From a virus (taxonomy: Duplodnaviria; Heunggongvirae; Uroviricota; Caudoviricetes; Crassvirales), in IMG/VR virus record IMGVR_UViG_3300020045_007777, positions 37,741 to 101,740 of that record: a stretch of DNA of 64,000 bases. One strand, written 5' to 3'. The notes under the pieces are model-generated. The model was not told where the DNA came from and ran no database searches. It was given only the letters and a program-made list of their open reading frames with translations. Each line of letters begins with the position of its first letter. Positions within the stretch are counted from its first letter, which is position 1. Shown here in pieces: positions 10,815-20,531 of this stretch. The position numbers and the translations under genes were made by a program.

Positions 10815-11239
10815 TGTTTAACTTGTTTAATTATTTCTCTAGTTCTTTTTTCATTATTTAAAGCTCTTTGTCTTAATATATTTAAATCTCTTTCAGCTTT
10901 ATCTGCTCTTTCTTTTTGATCTTTAATATATGTATTTTGAATATTATCAAATTTCATACTCCATTCAAGATCTTTAGCTTTTTCTGCAGCTCTAACTGTT
11001 TCAAAACATTGCTCACTTTTATCAAAACTAGATTTTCTTTCTTGACTTAATTCAGTTTGAGCTTTTATTTTTTCTTGAATAGCTGTAGATTCTCTTCCAC
11101 TAAAAACAAAGTAAGTTGTTATTAAAGCTGCACCTAAAAGAAAATTAATTACTACAGATAGAACCCAAACTCTATTTCCTGGTTTAGTATCTACAATTTT
11201 ATCAAACCATCCTTTAGCTTTATCTACTCCTTCTAGCAT
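10811..11239 (-). CDS. Single-TM coiled-coil protein (i-spanin or holin-like)
   Basis: The TM segment VWVLSVVINFLLGAALITTYFVF is followed by a charged coiled-coil tail. It sits next to the endolysin. Confidence 0.4.
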   Translation of the reverse strand: MLEGVDKAKGWFDKIVDTKPGNRVWVLSVVINFLLGAALITTYFVFSGRESTAIQEKIKAQTELSQERKSSFDKSEQCFETVRAAEKAKDLEWSMKFDNIQNTYIKDQKERADKAERDLNILRQRALNNEKRTREIIKQVKQ

Positions 11240-11255
11240 TATTATATTTATTATT

Positions 11256-11858
11256 TTATATTCCTTCTATTTTAAATTGTACTACTGTTCCAGCAGGAAC
11301 ACTTCTAAATCCTCCTACAGTTAAACCTGTAGTTACTATAGCCAGACTAAGTAATGTTGAGTTACCTCTAAAGAATCCATGTGTTAATTGTTTAAGATTA
11401 GCACTTAATGATTTCTTAAAGCTTGTAACTGCATCATTAGATGTTGTTGTATTTACAGTAGCTTTACTATCATCAAACCATACTTCAGTAAATATAGGAG
11501 TACCATTTGTTGTATTATCCATAGTAAGATTTATAGTTATCTCACTTGAAGCATTAACTGTAGCTGAACAGAAAAATTCTTTCTTACCAGAATTTATTAC
11601 TAGAGTACCATGAGGTAAAGCTTGCATTCTTTGAAATACTTTCTTCCATCTACCTGTAGTTACATTAGTAGCTTTAACAACATTGTTGTAAACTGTATCT
11701 TCTGTTTCTAGACTATTTACATCCCAGAAATATAAAGCTCCTAAGCCATCTCCCATAGCTAATTTTCCAATATTAATAACAATATTATTTGTACCTTTTA
11801 TTGTTTTTAAATCAGCTAAAGTATCTACACTTACTATATGTTTTAAATTATCTGCCAT
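11256..11858 (-). CDS. Hypothetical tail-associated protein
   Basis: 200-aa ORF directly downstream of the tail-fibre gene. Confidence 0.5.
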   Translation of the reverse strand: MADNLKHIVSVDTLADLKTIKGTNNIVINIGKLAMGDGLGALYFWDVNSLETEDTVYNNVVKATNVTTGRWKKVFQRMQALPHGTLVINSGKKEFFCSATVNASSEITINLTMDNTTNGTPIFTEVWFDDSKATVNTTTSNDAVTSFKKSLSANLKQLTHGFFRGNSTLLSLAIVTTGLTVGGFRSVPAGTVVQFKIEGI

Positions 11859-11877
11859 TAATTTTTAAAATTTTAAA

Positions 11878-14800
11878 TTAAACTGTTTCCCAAGAACTAA
11901 CTCCACCACTTAAAACAAGTCTTTTTAATAAACCATCTACTCTATCTCTTTGAATAATACCATGAGTTGAGATATCCATTTTAATATTACCTCCTACTTC
12001 TAAAATTTCACTTACAGGAATTACTCCAATACCCATGATACCACCAAATCTATTAAATGCAATTGGTTTAGGTGAATTGTCAGCAAAATTAGCTCCTTGA
12101 ATATTAATAATACTACTATTAGTTTGAATATTTATTCTGTTATCAAAAGCACTATTTTCAGAACTAAGTTGACCTGCGGCTGTTATATTACCAGTTACCA
12201 TTTGAAATCCTGTAAAACTATTACCTCCTGCTAAGTTAGCTTTACCATTTAAAGCTGTTTGAGTTGCTGTAGAAATAGGTTTGCTTAAGTCAGAAGTATT
12301 ATCTACATTTCCTAATCCTATTTCAGATTTACCTAATACTACAGTTCCTGTTAAACCATTTACAGATTGTACAGGACTCATTGGAGTAAGTAATTCAGAC
12401 CAGTTTCCTAATGTAGTTGCTGGTTCTTGTCTTAAGATAAATGATTTACTTAAATCAGTTCTAATAGCAACATCTCCTTGTTCAGCTACTAAAGCTAACA
12501 TAGCTGCTTGATTAGCTACTATAAATGTTTCAGATATAGCTAAAGCTGGTATCTGAGAATTAGGTATCTTACCTGCTGAGTTTAATGAAGCATATCCATT
12601 AACTTGACCTTTCTCACTTCTTGTTTGATACAAAGATAAGTTAGGAGAAGAAGCTTGTATCCATTCTTTAGTAGCAAGTATTTTTCCTGTGGTATCTGCA
12701 TTAATTTGAGCTATAGTCTGACTAGGAGCTTCTACTCTACCATCAAATCTAATTCTAAAAGCATCACTTCTTGTTATAGCTTCCCATGCACCTGATGGAG
12801 TAGTAATTGTTCCATTACCAACTACTAATAAAGGTCTGTCAGAACCTTCTTCTGTGTAATCTGTATTTGCTACACCTAAAGCTATTGTATTGAATGTTTT
12901 TGATATAAGAGCTGTACCTATTGCATGAGTAGCAATATCTGATACTCTATTGTTCATACCAGCAGTGAAATTAAATCCATTACCAATTGATGATTCAATT
13001 TCATTATAAGCTCCTATTGCCCAAGAAGTGTATCCTTCAATAACTTTATTGAAAGCTCCTATAGCTCCATTACCTAAAAATCCTGATACTTCATTAGCTG
13101 CTCCTATGGTAAAATTATAATATGAACCTTCTATTATATTACCACTTCCAAGTGCGCCACCTCCAAATATATTTCTTACTTTGTTCTCTGCACCAAATGA
13201 AAAAGAATAATCAGAAGAAACTCCATAATCATTATCTGTTGATTCAGAAGATACAAATGCTAAGTCAACACTACCATTTCCTATTGAGGTGTATTTTGTT
13301 GGGATATACCCTAAAAGTCTATATCCTATATTATCTCCTTCTGTTACTTTTTGAAGTTGAGATTGCTCAAAACCTTCATCATTAATAAAGTGTGAAAGTT
13401 TATTTTTAAAACTTTTTTTATATGGAATATAATCAGGACTACCTAATGAATAATATTCTTCTACTCCAATACCCTGAAAAGTAGTAAAATCATAATATTT
13501 AACTGTATATAGTTTAGCAGGAGTACCTGTTGTATATTCAGAATTTATATAAATTGTACCATCTGCATGAATACTATTATTGTTGGTAATAGAATAAGGT
13601 AAGCTCATTGTTTCTTCTAATTCTAAAGAAGCACAATTAATTCTACTTAAACTTTTATTGCTAGTAGCTATATTAGGACCGGTAGCTGTACCTACTAATA
13701 ACTTATCATTAAATACATTTATCCAATGTGGAACTGGGAAGTTTCCTGCTGTTGGATCATCTTCTAATCCAATCATACTTTGATTTTCTAATTCTCCTTT
13801 AAATAAATCAAACTTTAAAATACCAAGTTTATTTGCTCCTGCTGTTTCTTGCCATCTTGTAGCAATATATACCTTATCATTAGATATGGTAAAAGGATAA
13901 TTTGTAGATACTTTATATTGCAAGTTAGTATTAGGATAAGTAAATATATTTTCAGCTTGACTAAAATCAGTACTAACTCTAACTAAACTTGCAGGTGAAT
14001 TAATACCAGAAGTTACTAAAAAGAACATACTATCTTCATACATTACAAGATTAGTAGTAGTACCTACATAATCTACTAATTCTCCATAAATTTTATCTTG
14101 TAAATCAAAAGGATTTACTTTTAAATATTGAATACCTACTGAATAAGGACTTCGAGGTCTAGTTACAAAATATACAAAACCTCTATGATATTCCATACTA
14201 TGTAATGCACTAGGAATATTAGTGGTTTTAAATATTTCATCAAAGTCTGTAAGTTCATAAGATGTATAAGTAAGTTCATTGTTTATAATTCTACAACCTT
14301 TTAAAGTAAGTCCAAATAATTCTCCATTTTCAGAATCTTTTTGACCATGAATAAATATAGTGTTTTCATCAATTACTATAACAGCGTTAGTAGTCCAAGC
14401 ATTAACAAGATTTCCTATATCTAATGTTCTAAATGTATCTGTAATATAAGTTAAATTTTTTCCAAGATTAGCTACACTATAAGTATTAGAGATAAAGAAA
14501 TCTTTTGGTAAGGATTCTCCATATACAATATTAGGAGTAACATTACTTAATAATTGAAAATCTGCATTAGTAGTTTGTCCAGAACCTTGTCCAAAAGTAC
14601 CACCCTCCCCTAAATACAAATAAGATATTAGGTTATTAACATCAGTTCCTATTTGGAATATGGTATAACCTTCTGATTGACTTTGAATTACATAAGGAGG
14701 ATTATGAGTATTTACATATTGAGAAATAGTTTGTCCTCCTAAAGAAGTAATAGATATAATATCTGTACTTTCTAAATCCTCATAACTGTCTGCGTTCGGA

Positions 14801-15117
14801 GAATAAGAAGTAATGTATTTTAAATTACTACCATTTTCATCTATAACAAGAACACCTTTACCCGTATTAATTACTTTATAGATATCTATCTTTTTAACTA
14901 ATCCAAAAACATCAACAGCTTCTTGTCTATAAAATTGTATCCATAAACTTTCAGTTTCATCAATTACATAACCTAAAGCATTAATCTGTTCTATTGTTTC
15001 AGAAGTAATACCTTCACTATCTAATATTCTAAATGTTAGAAACTTATCAATATTATCTTGATCAAAGGAACCTCCTCCACTATTTATATTACCTAAGTTA
15101 TTTTCTATATAAGCCAT
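11878..15117 (-). CDS. Tail fibre / tailspike protein
   Basis: 1079 aa with repeated IG-x-x-N-x-V beta-helix-like motifs (FGGGALGSGNIIEG, IGAANEVSGFLGNGAIGAFNKV) and a C-terminal GLGNVDNTSDLSKPIS motif seen in phage fibre proteins. Confidence 0.7.
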   Translation of the reverse strand: MAYIENNLGNINSGGGSFDQDNIDKFLTFRILDSEGITSETIEQINALGYVIDETESLWIQFYRQEAVDVFGLVKKIDIYKVINTGKGVLVIDENGSNLKYITSYSPNADSYEDLESTDIISITSLGGQTISQYVNTHNPPYVIQSQSEGYTIFQIGTDVNNLISYLYLGEGGTFGQGSGQTTNADFQLLSNVTPNIVYGESLPKDFFISNTYSVANLGKNLTYITDTFRTLDIGNLVNAWTTNAVIVIDENTIFIHGQKDSENGELFGLTLKGCRIINNELTYTSYELTDFDEIFKTTNIPSALHSMEYHRGFVYFVTRPRSPYSVGIQYLKVNPFDLQDKIYGELVDYVGTTTNLVMYEDSMFFLVTSGINSPASLVRVSTDFSQAENIFTYPNTNLQYKVSTNYPFTISNDKVYIATRWQETAGANKLGILKFDLFKGELENQSMIGLEDDPTAGNFPVPHWINVFNDKLLVGTATGPNIATSNKSLSRINCASLELEETMSLPYSITNNNSIHADGTIYINSEYTTGTPAKLYTVKYYDFTTFQGIGVEEYYSLGSPDYIPYKKSFKNKLSHFINDEGFEQSQLQKVTEGDNIGYRLLGYIPTKYTSIGNGSVDLAFVSSESTDNDYGVSSDYSFSFGAENKVRNIFGGGALGSGNIIEGSYYNFTIGAANEVSGFLGNGAIGAFNKVIEGYTSWAIGAYNEIESSIGNGFNFTAGMNNRVSDIATHAIGTALISKTFNTIALGVANTDYTEEGSDRPLLVVGNGTITTPSGAWEAITRSDAFRIRFDGRVEAPSQTIAQINADTTGKILATKEWIQASSPNLSLYQTRSEKGQVNGYASLNSAGKIPNSQIPALAISETFIVANQAAMLALVAEQGDVAIRTDLSKSFILRQEPATTLGNWSELLTPMSPVQSVNGLTGTVVLGKSEIGLGNVDNTSDLSKPISTATQTALNGKANLAGGNSFTGFQMVTGNITAAGQLSSENSAFDNRINIQTNSSIINIQGANFADNSPKPIAFNRFGGIMGIGVIPVSEILEVGGNIKMDISTHGIIQRDRVDGLLKRLVLSGGVSSWETV

Positions 15118-15118
15118 A

Positions 15119-15532
15119 TTAATTTCCTCCTCCTTCGTTTATTGTTAAATACTCTACTACAATATTTGAATTAGCTTTTACTGTGAAAGTATAAGGTGTT
15201 TGATTTAATGTTGTCACTTCATGTCTTAGAACAGTTCCTGTAGGAAATATGACAGTTTCACCATCTATAGTTCTACTTATTGTTCCTTCTAATACCATAA
15301 TATTAATTGAATGATATGTATTAATTGGATATGTAACTACTTCATTTATTTCAGGTTGATAGTTATCTGTTATTAATATGTCATAAGCAGGACCACCATT
15401 TGCACATGAACCAACAGCTAAAACTAAATCTACAAAAAGTTGCATATCTTCTGCTTTTAATTTTGTACAATCTTGAAATTTTCCTTTTAAATAATTAGCA
15501 GTTTGATTTATTTCGTTGCATTGTATTGCCAT
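15119..15532 (-). CDS. Hypothetical structural protein
   Basis: 137-aa ORF. It is coupled to its neighbours with a 1-2 nt spacing or overlap. Confidence 0.5.
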   Translation of the reverse strand: MAIQCNEINQTANYLKGKFQDCTKLKAEDMQLFVDLVLAVGSCANGGPAYDILITDNYQPEINEVVTYPINTYHSINIMVLEGTISRTIDGETVIFPTGTVLRHEVTTLNQTPYTFTVKANSNIVVEYLTINEGGGN

Positions 15533-15533
15533 G

Positions 15534-15848
15534 TTATATTGTTGTTATTGTTATTATTGCTGTACTTTCTCTATTTAAAGAGTCTTTTAATGTATATTCA
15601 AAATTAGCACTATTTAAAACTCCATTAGGTATAAATATTAATCTTGTAGTTCCATTAGAATCTATTTCAATATTTCCATTTATTAAAGTTGTAGTACTTA
15701 AATTATCTATATATGTTGGTTCTAATCCCATATCATCTTCAATAGTAGGATAAAGATATGTTAATTGAGATTGGTCTGAAATAGTATAAACTTTATTTTT
15801 AGCAAGTAAAGTTTTAACGGGATTTATATTTATTGTAAATGTTTTCAT
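15534..15848 (-). CDS. Hypothetical structural protein
   Basis: 104-aa ORF in the tail gene string. Confidence 0.5.
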   Translation of the reverse strand: MKTFTININPVKTLLAKNKVYTISDQSQLTYLYPTIEDDMGLEPTYIDNLSTTTLINGNIEIDSNGTTRLIFIPNGVLNSANFEYTLKDSLNRESTAIITITTI

Positions 15849-16492
15849 TATGCGTATATTTGAGATCCCGTATCTGAAATTGTAAAATTAAAACTAAAAC
15901 TTTCACCATTAATATCTGCTTTAGTTCCTGTTATTTGTAATAAACCAGAATTAATGTCTGTAAATAAAATTTCTTGATTTATAGTAATATTAATTCCATT
16001 AAATGTAAATGTACCATTTACAGGTAAAGATAATACTTTAAGTTTATATGGTGGATTTCCTTCAGGATCTGAATAAGGTGGAGTTGTATTTGTTGTAAAA
16101 TCATCTTGAGTAAAAACATAAGTAGAATCATATTCAATATCTATTTCGTTATTACCAATTATAGGTGGTAAATTTTCTTTAGCACTTACATTTATTATCA
16201 TTGTAGCCATATTACTAAATTTTTTATTTGAATTATTATCACTTGTTTTAAAATTAATTTCTTCTGTATATTCTTTATCACTTAATCTTAAATAAGTAAA
16301 ATAATTAATATCTTCTAATTTAAATGTAAAATTAACTTTATTTACAGCTTTATTTTTAAATTTAAAAATACCATATATTGGAAGATTTAAAATCATAACT
16401 TCTAAAGGTTTATCACCTTCTTTATCAAAATAATCAGTTATGAATGTTTCTTTATTAAAAGTAATATAATTATTTGATTTTTCTAAATTCAT
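15848..16492 (-). CDS. Hypothetical structural protein
   Basis: 214-aa ORF, N/T-rich. Confidence 0.5.
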   Translation of the reverse strand: MNLEKSNNYITFNKETFITDYFDKEGDKPLEVMILNLPIYGIFKFKNKAVNKVNFTFKLEDINYFTYLRLSDKEYTEEINFKTSDNNSNKKFSNMATMIINVSAKENLPPIIGNNEIDIEYDSTYVFTQDDFTTNTTPPYSDPEGNPPYKLKVLSLPVNGTFTFNGINITINQEILFTDINSGLLQITGTKADINGESFSFNFTISDTGSQIYA

Positions 16493-17175
16493 ATTACATT
16501 AATTGTTATAGTTGTTGTTTCTGAATATACTGGAGGTACTGAACTATCACTTACTTGAATTTCAAAACTATCAGTTTCTTCTTCAAGAAAACTTTGATAT
16601 TTAATAAATATATTAGAATTATTTAAATCATTTAAGTTAATAGTTTGATTTATATAAGCTGTATTATCATTTATTTGTAATGCACCATTTTCAGGTAATG
16701 AAATAATTTTTAAAAATTTAATAGGTGTATCTCCTTTATAACATCCTGTAAAATCAGATAATTCAATCCATCTAAATATTAAATTTCTATCATAATCTAT
16801 TTCTAATTTACAAATTTCAGGTTTAGGAATTGAATCAATTGGTTCTTCAGGTTCATTAATTACTGGTGCAGTATTAATTACTACTAATGGACTGTTATTT
16901 GGATTACAATCTTTACATCCAACTATATTTGTGTATATACTTCTTTGTTCTCTATATTTACAAATATTATCATCACTATTTTGTATAAAAATAGCAAGAT
17001 TTTGTAATTGTTGAGTTATTTTATGATTTATACAATTTGGACAATCATAAAGAAATTCGTTTATTATATCTAGTATGTATAGTTTTCTTAATTTTAATTT
17101 TCCATAAATACTAGCTTTTGTTAAACTCTTATATAAACTTCCAATTAATACTTTAAAGCTAGTTATTTGATTCAT
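16489..17175 (-). CDS. Cysteine-rich hypothetical protein
   Basis: 228 aa with CPNCINH, CKYRE and GCKDCNPNNS clusters. Confidence 0.5.
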   Translation of the reverse strand: MNQITSFKVLIGSLYKSLTKASIYGKLKLRKLYILDIINEFLYDCPNCINHKITQQLQNLAIFIQNSDDNICKYREQRSIYTNIVGCKDCNPNNSPLVVINTAPVINEPEEPIDSIPKPEICKLEIDYDRNLIFRWIELSDFTGCYKGDTPIKFLKIISLPENGALQINDNTAYINQTINLNDLNNSNIFIKYQSFLEEETDSFEIQVSDSSVPPVYSETTTITINVI

Positions 17176-17768
17176 TATATTAAAATTAAAGAGTCATTTA
17201 AAATACCATAATTTAATCCATTTAAATAAGTAGGATTAATTAAATCTTTACATGTTTTACATTTTATATTACCACCTAACATTTTACTTATTTTTTTATA
17301 TAAATAAATTGCTTCTTCATAATATCCTAATGATAAAGCATTACAAATACCTTTTAAAATTAAATTGATATTAATTACATTATCATAATCATTATCACAA
17401 TTATTACAAGAATTTAATTTTAAAATTTCATTTAATAAATAAGTTTTAATATTATTTAAATTTGCTGCAATACCAATAATATTATTTTGACAATTAACAC
17501 AACCTTCTTCTTCATAATCAGAAGTTATTTCTAAAAACCATATTCCACTAAATGCATCAATATTTATATCTGATATATTTACAATAAATATTTCTTTATT
17601 ATTAACTTGTTCTAATTTGAATGATAAATCAATTGCTTGTGAATAATCTTTAAATGTTTTTTCATTCCATAAAAGAACATTTGTTATATTTGAACCTAAA
17701 TTAGTTTCTATATCAACATTTAAATTTTGTGTATCATTAGAAATTGATAAGTTATTTATATATATCAT
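17175..17768 (-). CDS. Cysteine-rich hypothetical protein
   Basis: 197 aa with CVNCQNN, CNNCDNDYDN and CKTCKD clusters. Confidence 0.5.
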   Translation of the reverse strand: MIYINNLSISNDTQNLNVDIETNLGSNITNVLLWNEKTFKDYSQAIDLSFKLEQVNNKEIFIVNISDINIDAFSGIWFLEITSDYEEEGCVNCQNNIIGIAANLNNIKTYLLNEILKLNSCNNCDNDYDNVININLILKGICNALSLGYYEEAIYLYKKISKMLGGNIKCKTCKDLINPTYLNGLNYGILNDSLILI

Positions 17769-17773
17769 ATTTT

Positions 17774-17813
17774 TTTAAATAAAAAAAGGGAGAGAGTTTG
17801 GAACTCTACTCCC
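17774..17813 (-). terminator. Rho-independent terminator downstream of the 336-aa structural gene
   Basis: The hairpin GGGAGAGAGTT/AACTCTACTCCC is preceded on the plus strand by aaaaaaa, which is a T-tract on the minus strand. Confidence 0.5.
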
Positions 17814-17837
17814 TTAATTGGTTAGTTATTTTTTATA

Positions 17838-18848
17838 TTATGCTACTGGTAAATTAGCTGGAACAACTACATTTGGTGCAACTGTTCTTAACTTAGCTAA
17901 AAGTGCATTAATATTACCATTACTTGCTAAATTTGTAAAAGGCATTACAACAATTAGCTCTTTAAATTGTCTTTCAACATTTACTCCTTCACGATCTTTA
18001 TGAAATGCAATAACTACTGTATTATAGTTAGCTGTTCCATTAGCTAGAGATGTAACATTAAAGTTATTAGGGAATCCCATTTCTCTACCATAATCAGCAT
18101 TTTCATATCCTCTCCAAGAATATTCTGTTTGTGCAACTTGTTTACCTGTACCTACACCAGCTTTGACACCTTGTGTATTTTCAACAGTTAAAATTCCAGT
18201 ATAAGATGTTCCTGCTTCAGCAAGTGTAGCTGGAGAATTATCTTTAATTGATGTTTCAATATTAAAATAAACTGGATCTCCACTATCTTTACCTAAGTAA
18301 AATGATTGTACTTGACCTGTAAATACCAATGTTGAACCAACAACTGTTACTTGAATTTCTCTAAATTCATTATCACGTTTAAGTGATGCATTAATATTAT
18401 CTCTCAGTTGAGCTAAAATATCTGCATAAGTTAATGTGTTATTAACTGGAGTTACTACGAAACCATGAATATGTCTAAAATTCTCTGGAGAACCTATACC
18501 ATCATATTTACGAATTGATACACGATAAGTTGCATTTGCAATAGGTGTACCAGTAAATCCACTTACAACTGTAATTTGAGCTTGCTCTGCTTGATAAGGA
18601 GCTACTTTAATAAAATCAATTTGTTTAGGATCAATTGTATCAGAAAAATCTACTCCTGTAAGAGATCCATCTTTTTTATGAACAATTTTAAAAGGTTGAT
18701 TAGCTACAATTGCAGATCCTTTCGCATCTACAACTGCTACTTCACCAATTGTTGCTCCTGTAACAAAAGTTGAATTAGTTGTTTCTGAAGCTACTGCTGT
18801 AGCAATCATTAATTTACCTACATTTTTTGGTGAAACTATACTCGCCAT
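17838..18848 (-). CDS. Abundant virion structural protein candidate
   Basis: 336 aa, T/V/G/A-rich beta protein. It is followed by a strong terminator, as major structural genes typically are. Confidence 0.5.
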   Translation of the reverse strand: MASIVSPKNVGKLMIATAVASETTNSTFVTGATIGEVAVVDAKGSAIVANQPFKIVHKKDGSLTGVDFSDTIDPKQIDFIKVAPYQAEQAQITVVSGFTGTPIANATYRVSIRKYDGIGSPENFRHIHGFVVTPVNNTLTYADILAQLRDNINASLKRDNEFREIQVTVVGSTLVFTGQVQSFYLGKDSGDPVYFNIETSIKDNSPATLAEAGTSYTGILTVENTQGVKAGVGTGKQVAQTEYSWRGYENADYGREMGFPNNFNVTSLANGTANYNTVVIAFHKDREGVNVERQFKELIVVMPFTNLASNGNINALLAKLRTVAPNVVVPANLPVA

Positions 18849-18859
18849 ATTTTTAATTT

Positions 18860-19600
18860 TTAGTTATTTCTATTATTTAATTGAACTTTATTTTGTAAAT
18901 TATTTTCTTTATAATCTCGTATTGCAAGTTCTACAGCACGATCTAATATTTCTGGATGAATTTCTTTATTAAGTTTACAAGTTTGTTCTTGTGTAATTCC
19001 ATCAATTGATAAATTCATTCCAATATATTCTGGATTAGTTTGTAAGTTTGTTAGTACAATTGGTTCAGGATATTTTAAATATCTTAAATGATATGTTAAT
19101 ATATTTTCTGAACTAACTATTTCAACAATTGGATTATTATTTTGAGAAGAATAATCTAATCTCCAAGCTAATTTTTTATATGGTTTTTTAAAAGGATTTT
19201 TAACCTTTTCATTAAATTCATCTAAAGTAATTGGTATAATATCTAATTCAAGATCACAATTACCTTTTTTAAATTTTCCTTTTTCATATTTTATTAAAAA
19301 TACATTATTAGGAATATTAAAAAATTTAGAATTTAAACTAGTGCTTATATTTTGTGAATTAATAGTAGATATATCAGATTTAAAATCAATTATTAATTCT
19401 TTTAAATCTGTACGTCTTTTATCTGAACCATCAAATCCTTTTTGATATTTATTTAAAGGTCCATTATATTCTTTAACAATCTCTAATTGAGCTTTTGTTA
19501 AATAAACAGACATTTCATAAGTATTAATTCCAGGTGCAGAATTAGAAGAAATATTATTATAAAGAATATTAAATTGTGAAATAAATTCAGTCGTTGTCAT
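18860..19600 (-). CDS. Hypothetical protein (head/neck module)
   Basis: 246-aa ORF. Confidence 0.5.
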   Translation of the reverse strand: MTTTEFISQFNILYNNISSNSAPGINTYEMSVYLTKAQLEIVKEYNGPLNKYQKGFDGSDKRRTDLKELIIDFKSDISTINSQNISTSLNSKFFNIPNNVFLIKYEKGKFKKGNCDLELDIIPITLDEFNEKVKNPFKKPYKKLAWRLDYSSQNNNPIVEIVSSENILTYHLRYLKYPEPIVLTNLQTNPEYIGMNLSIDGITQEQTCKLNKEIHPEILDRAVELAIRDYKENNLQNKVQLNNRNN

Positions 19601-19602
19601 TA

Positions 19603-20463
19603 TTATTTAGTATTTTCAACTCTCGCTTGAATCAGATCACGAACTTCTTGATTTTTAGGATCAATTAAATAATTAACAGCATTTGGTAATGTAGCAATTT
19701 CTCCTTGTTTAGCCAACGTAAGTCCATCAATTGTTTCGTATTTACCATTCTTTTTAAGAATAATTCCTGCATTTTCAGCTAAAGCAATTAACGTTTTTGT
19801 TTCAAAATTAGGATCTTCAACTAATGCCAAGAAATCTTTAGTTCTTGTATCAACTAAAGTTTCAACTTCAGTATTGATAAATTTCATTGTTGAATTTTCT
19901 GATACTTTTTTACCAGACATTAAATAAATAATAGAAATTAATGTATCTCTGTTATCTTCAATTCTATAATATTCTTTCCAAGCTGTCTTAATAAGATCAA
20001 GTTTTTTAGATCGATCTTTAAGTTCTTCACCTGTTCTTGTAATAAAAAATTGATATGTTCCTTTATTTTTCTTTTTATAATCTTCTAAAGATGGTGCAAT
20101 TACATCATCCCATGCTAAAAGAATTTTATATTTTAAATAATCTTCAGGTACTGATAAATCTAAAATTGTATCTAATTTTTCTAATGCTACATATTGTGTT
20201 TTCCAAAAATCACTATATATAGAAAGATTAACTCCTCTAAAGTGATCATTTTCAAAAAACTCTTTTTCATCATTACTTAGAACATTTTTAAGACCACCAT
20301 TTCTTAATAGAGGTACACAAAACTTACGTGTTGTTCCCTCAATCATTCCACCTGATAGAATATGTGAATCAGATACATCTGCAGCTAATCCTTTATTTCT
20401 TTTTATAAATTTTATTGTTACTCTTTCTTCTGGTAACGTAAATCCTTTTTTAACTTCTCCCAT
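19603..20463 (-). CDS. Hypothetical protein downstream of the capsid gene
   Basis: 286-aa ORF. Confidence 0.5.
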   Translation of the reverse strand: MGEVKKGFTLPEERVTIKFIKRNKGLAADVSDSHILSGGMIEGTTRKFCVPLLRNGGLKNVLSNDEKEFFENDHFRGVNLSIYSDFWKTQYVALEKLDTILDLSVPEDYLKYKILLAWDDVIAPSLEDYKKKNKGTYQFFITRTGEELKDRSKKLDLIKTAWKEYYRIEDNRDTLISIIYLMSGKKVSENSTMKFINTEVETLVDTRTKDFLALVEDPNFETKTLIALAENAGIILKKNGKYETIDGLTLAKQGEIATLPNAVNYLIDPKNQEVRDLIQARVENTK

Positions 20464-20491
20464 TGTTTAAAAAATTTGTTATTTTAATTTT

Positions 20492-20520
20492 AAAAAAACC
20501 CAGGGACTTTCGTCCCTAGG
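20492..20520 (-). terminator. Rho-independent terminator after the capsid gene
   Basis: The hairpin AGGGAC-TTTC-GTCCCT has an adjacent A-run on the plus strand, which is a T-run on the minus strand. Confidence 0.5.
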
Positions 20521-20531
20521 ATTTATTTTAT

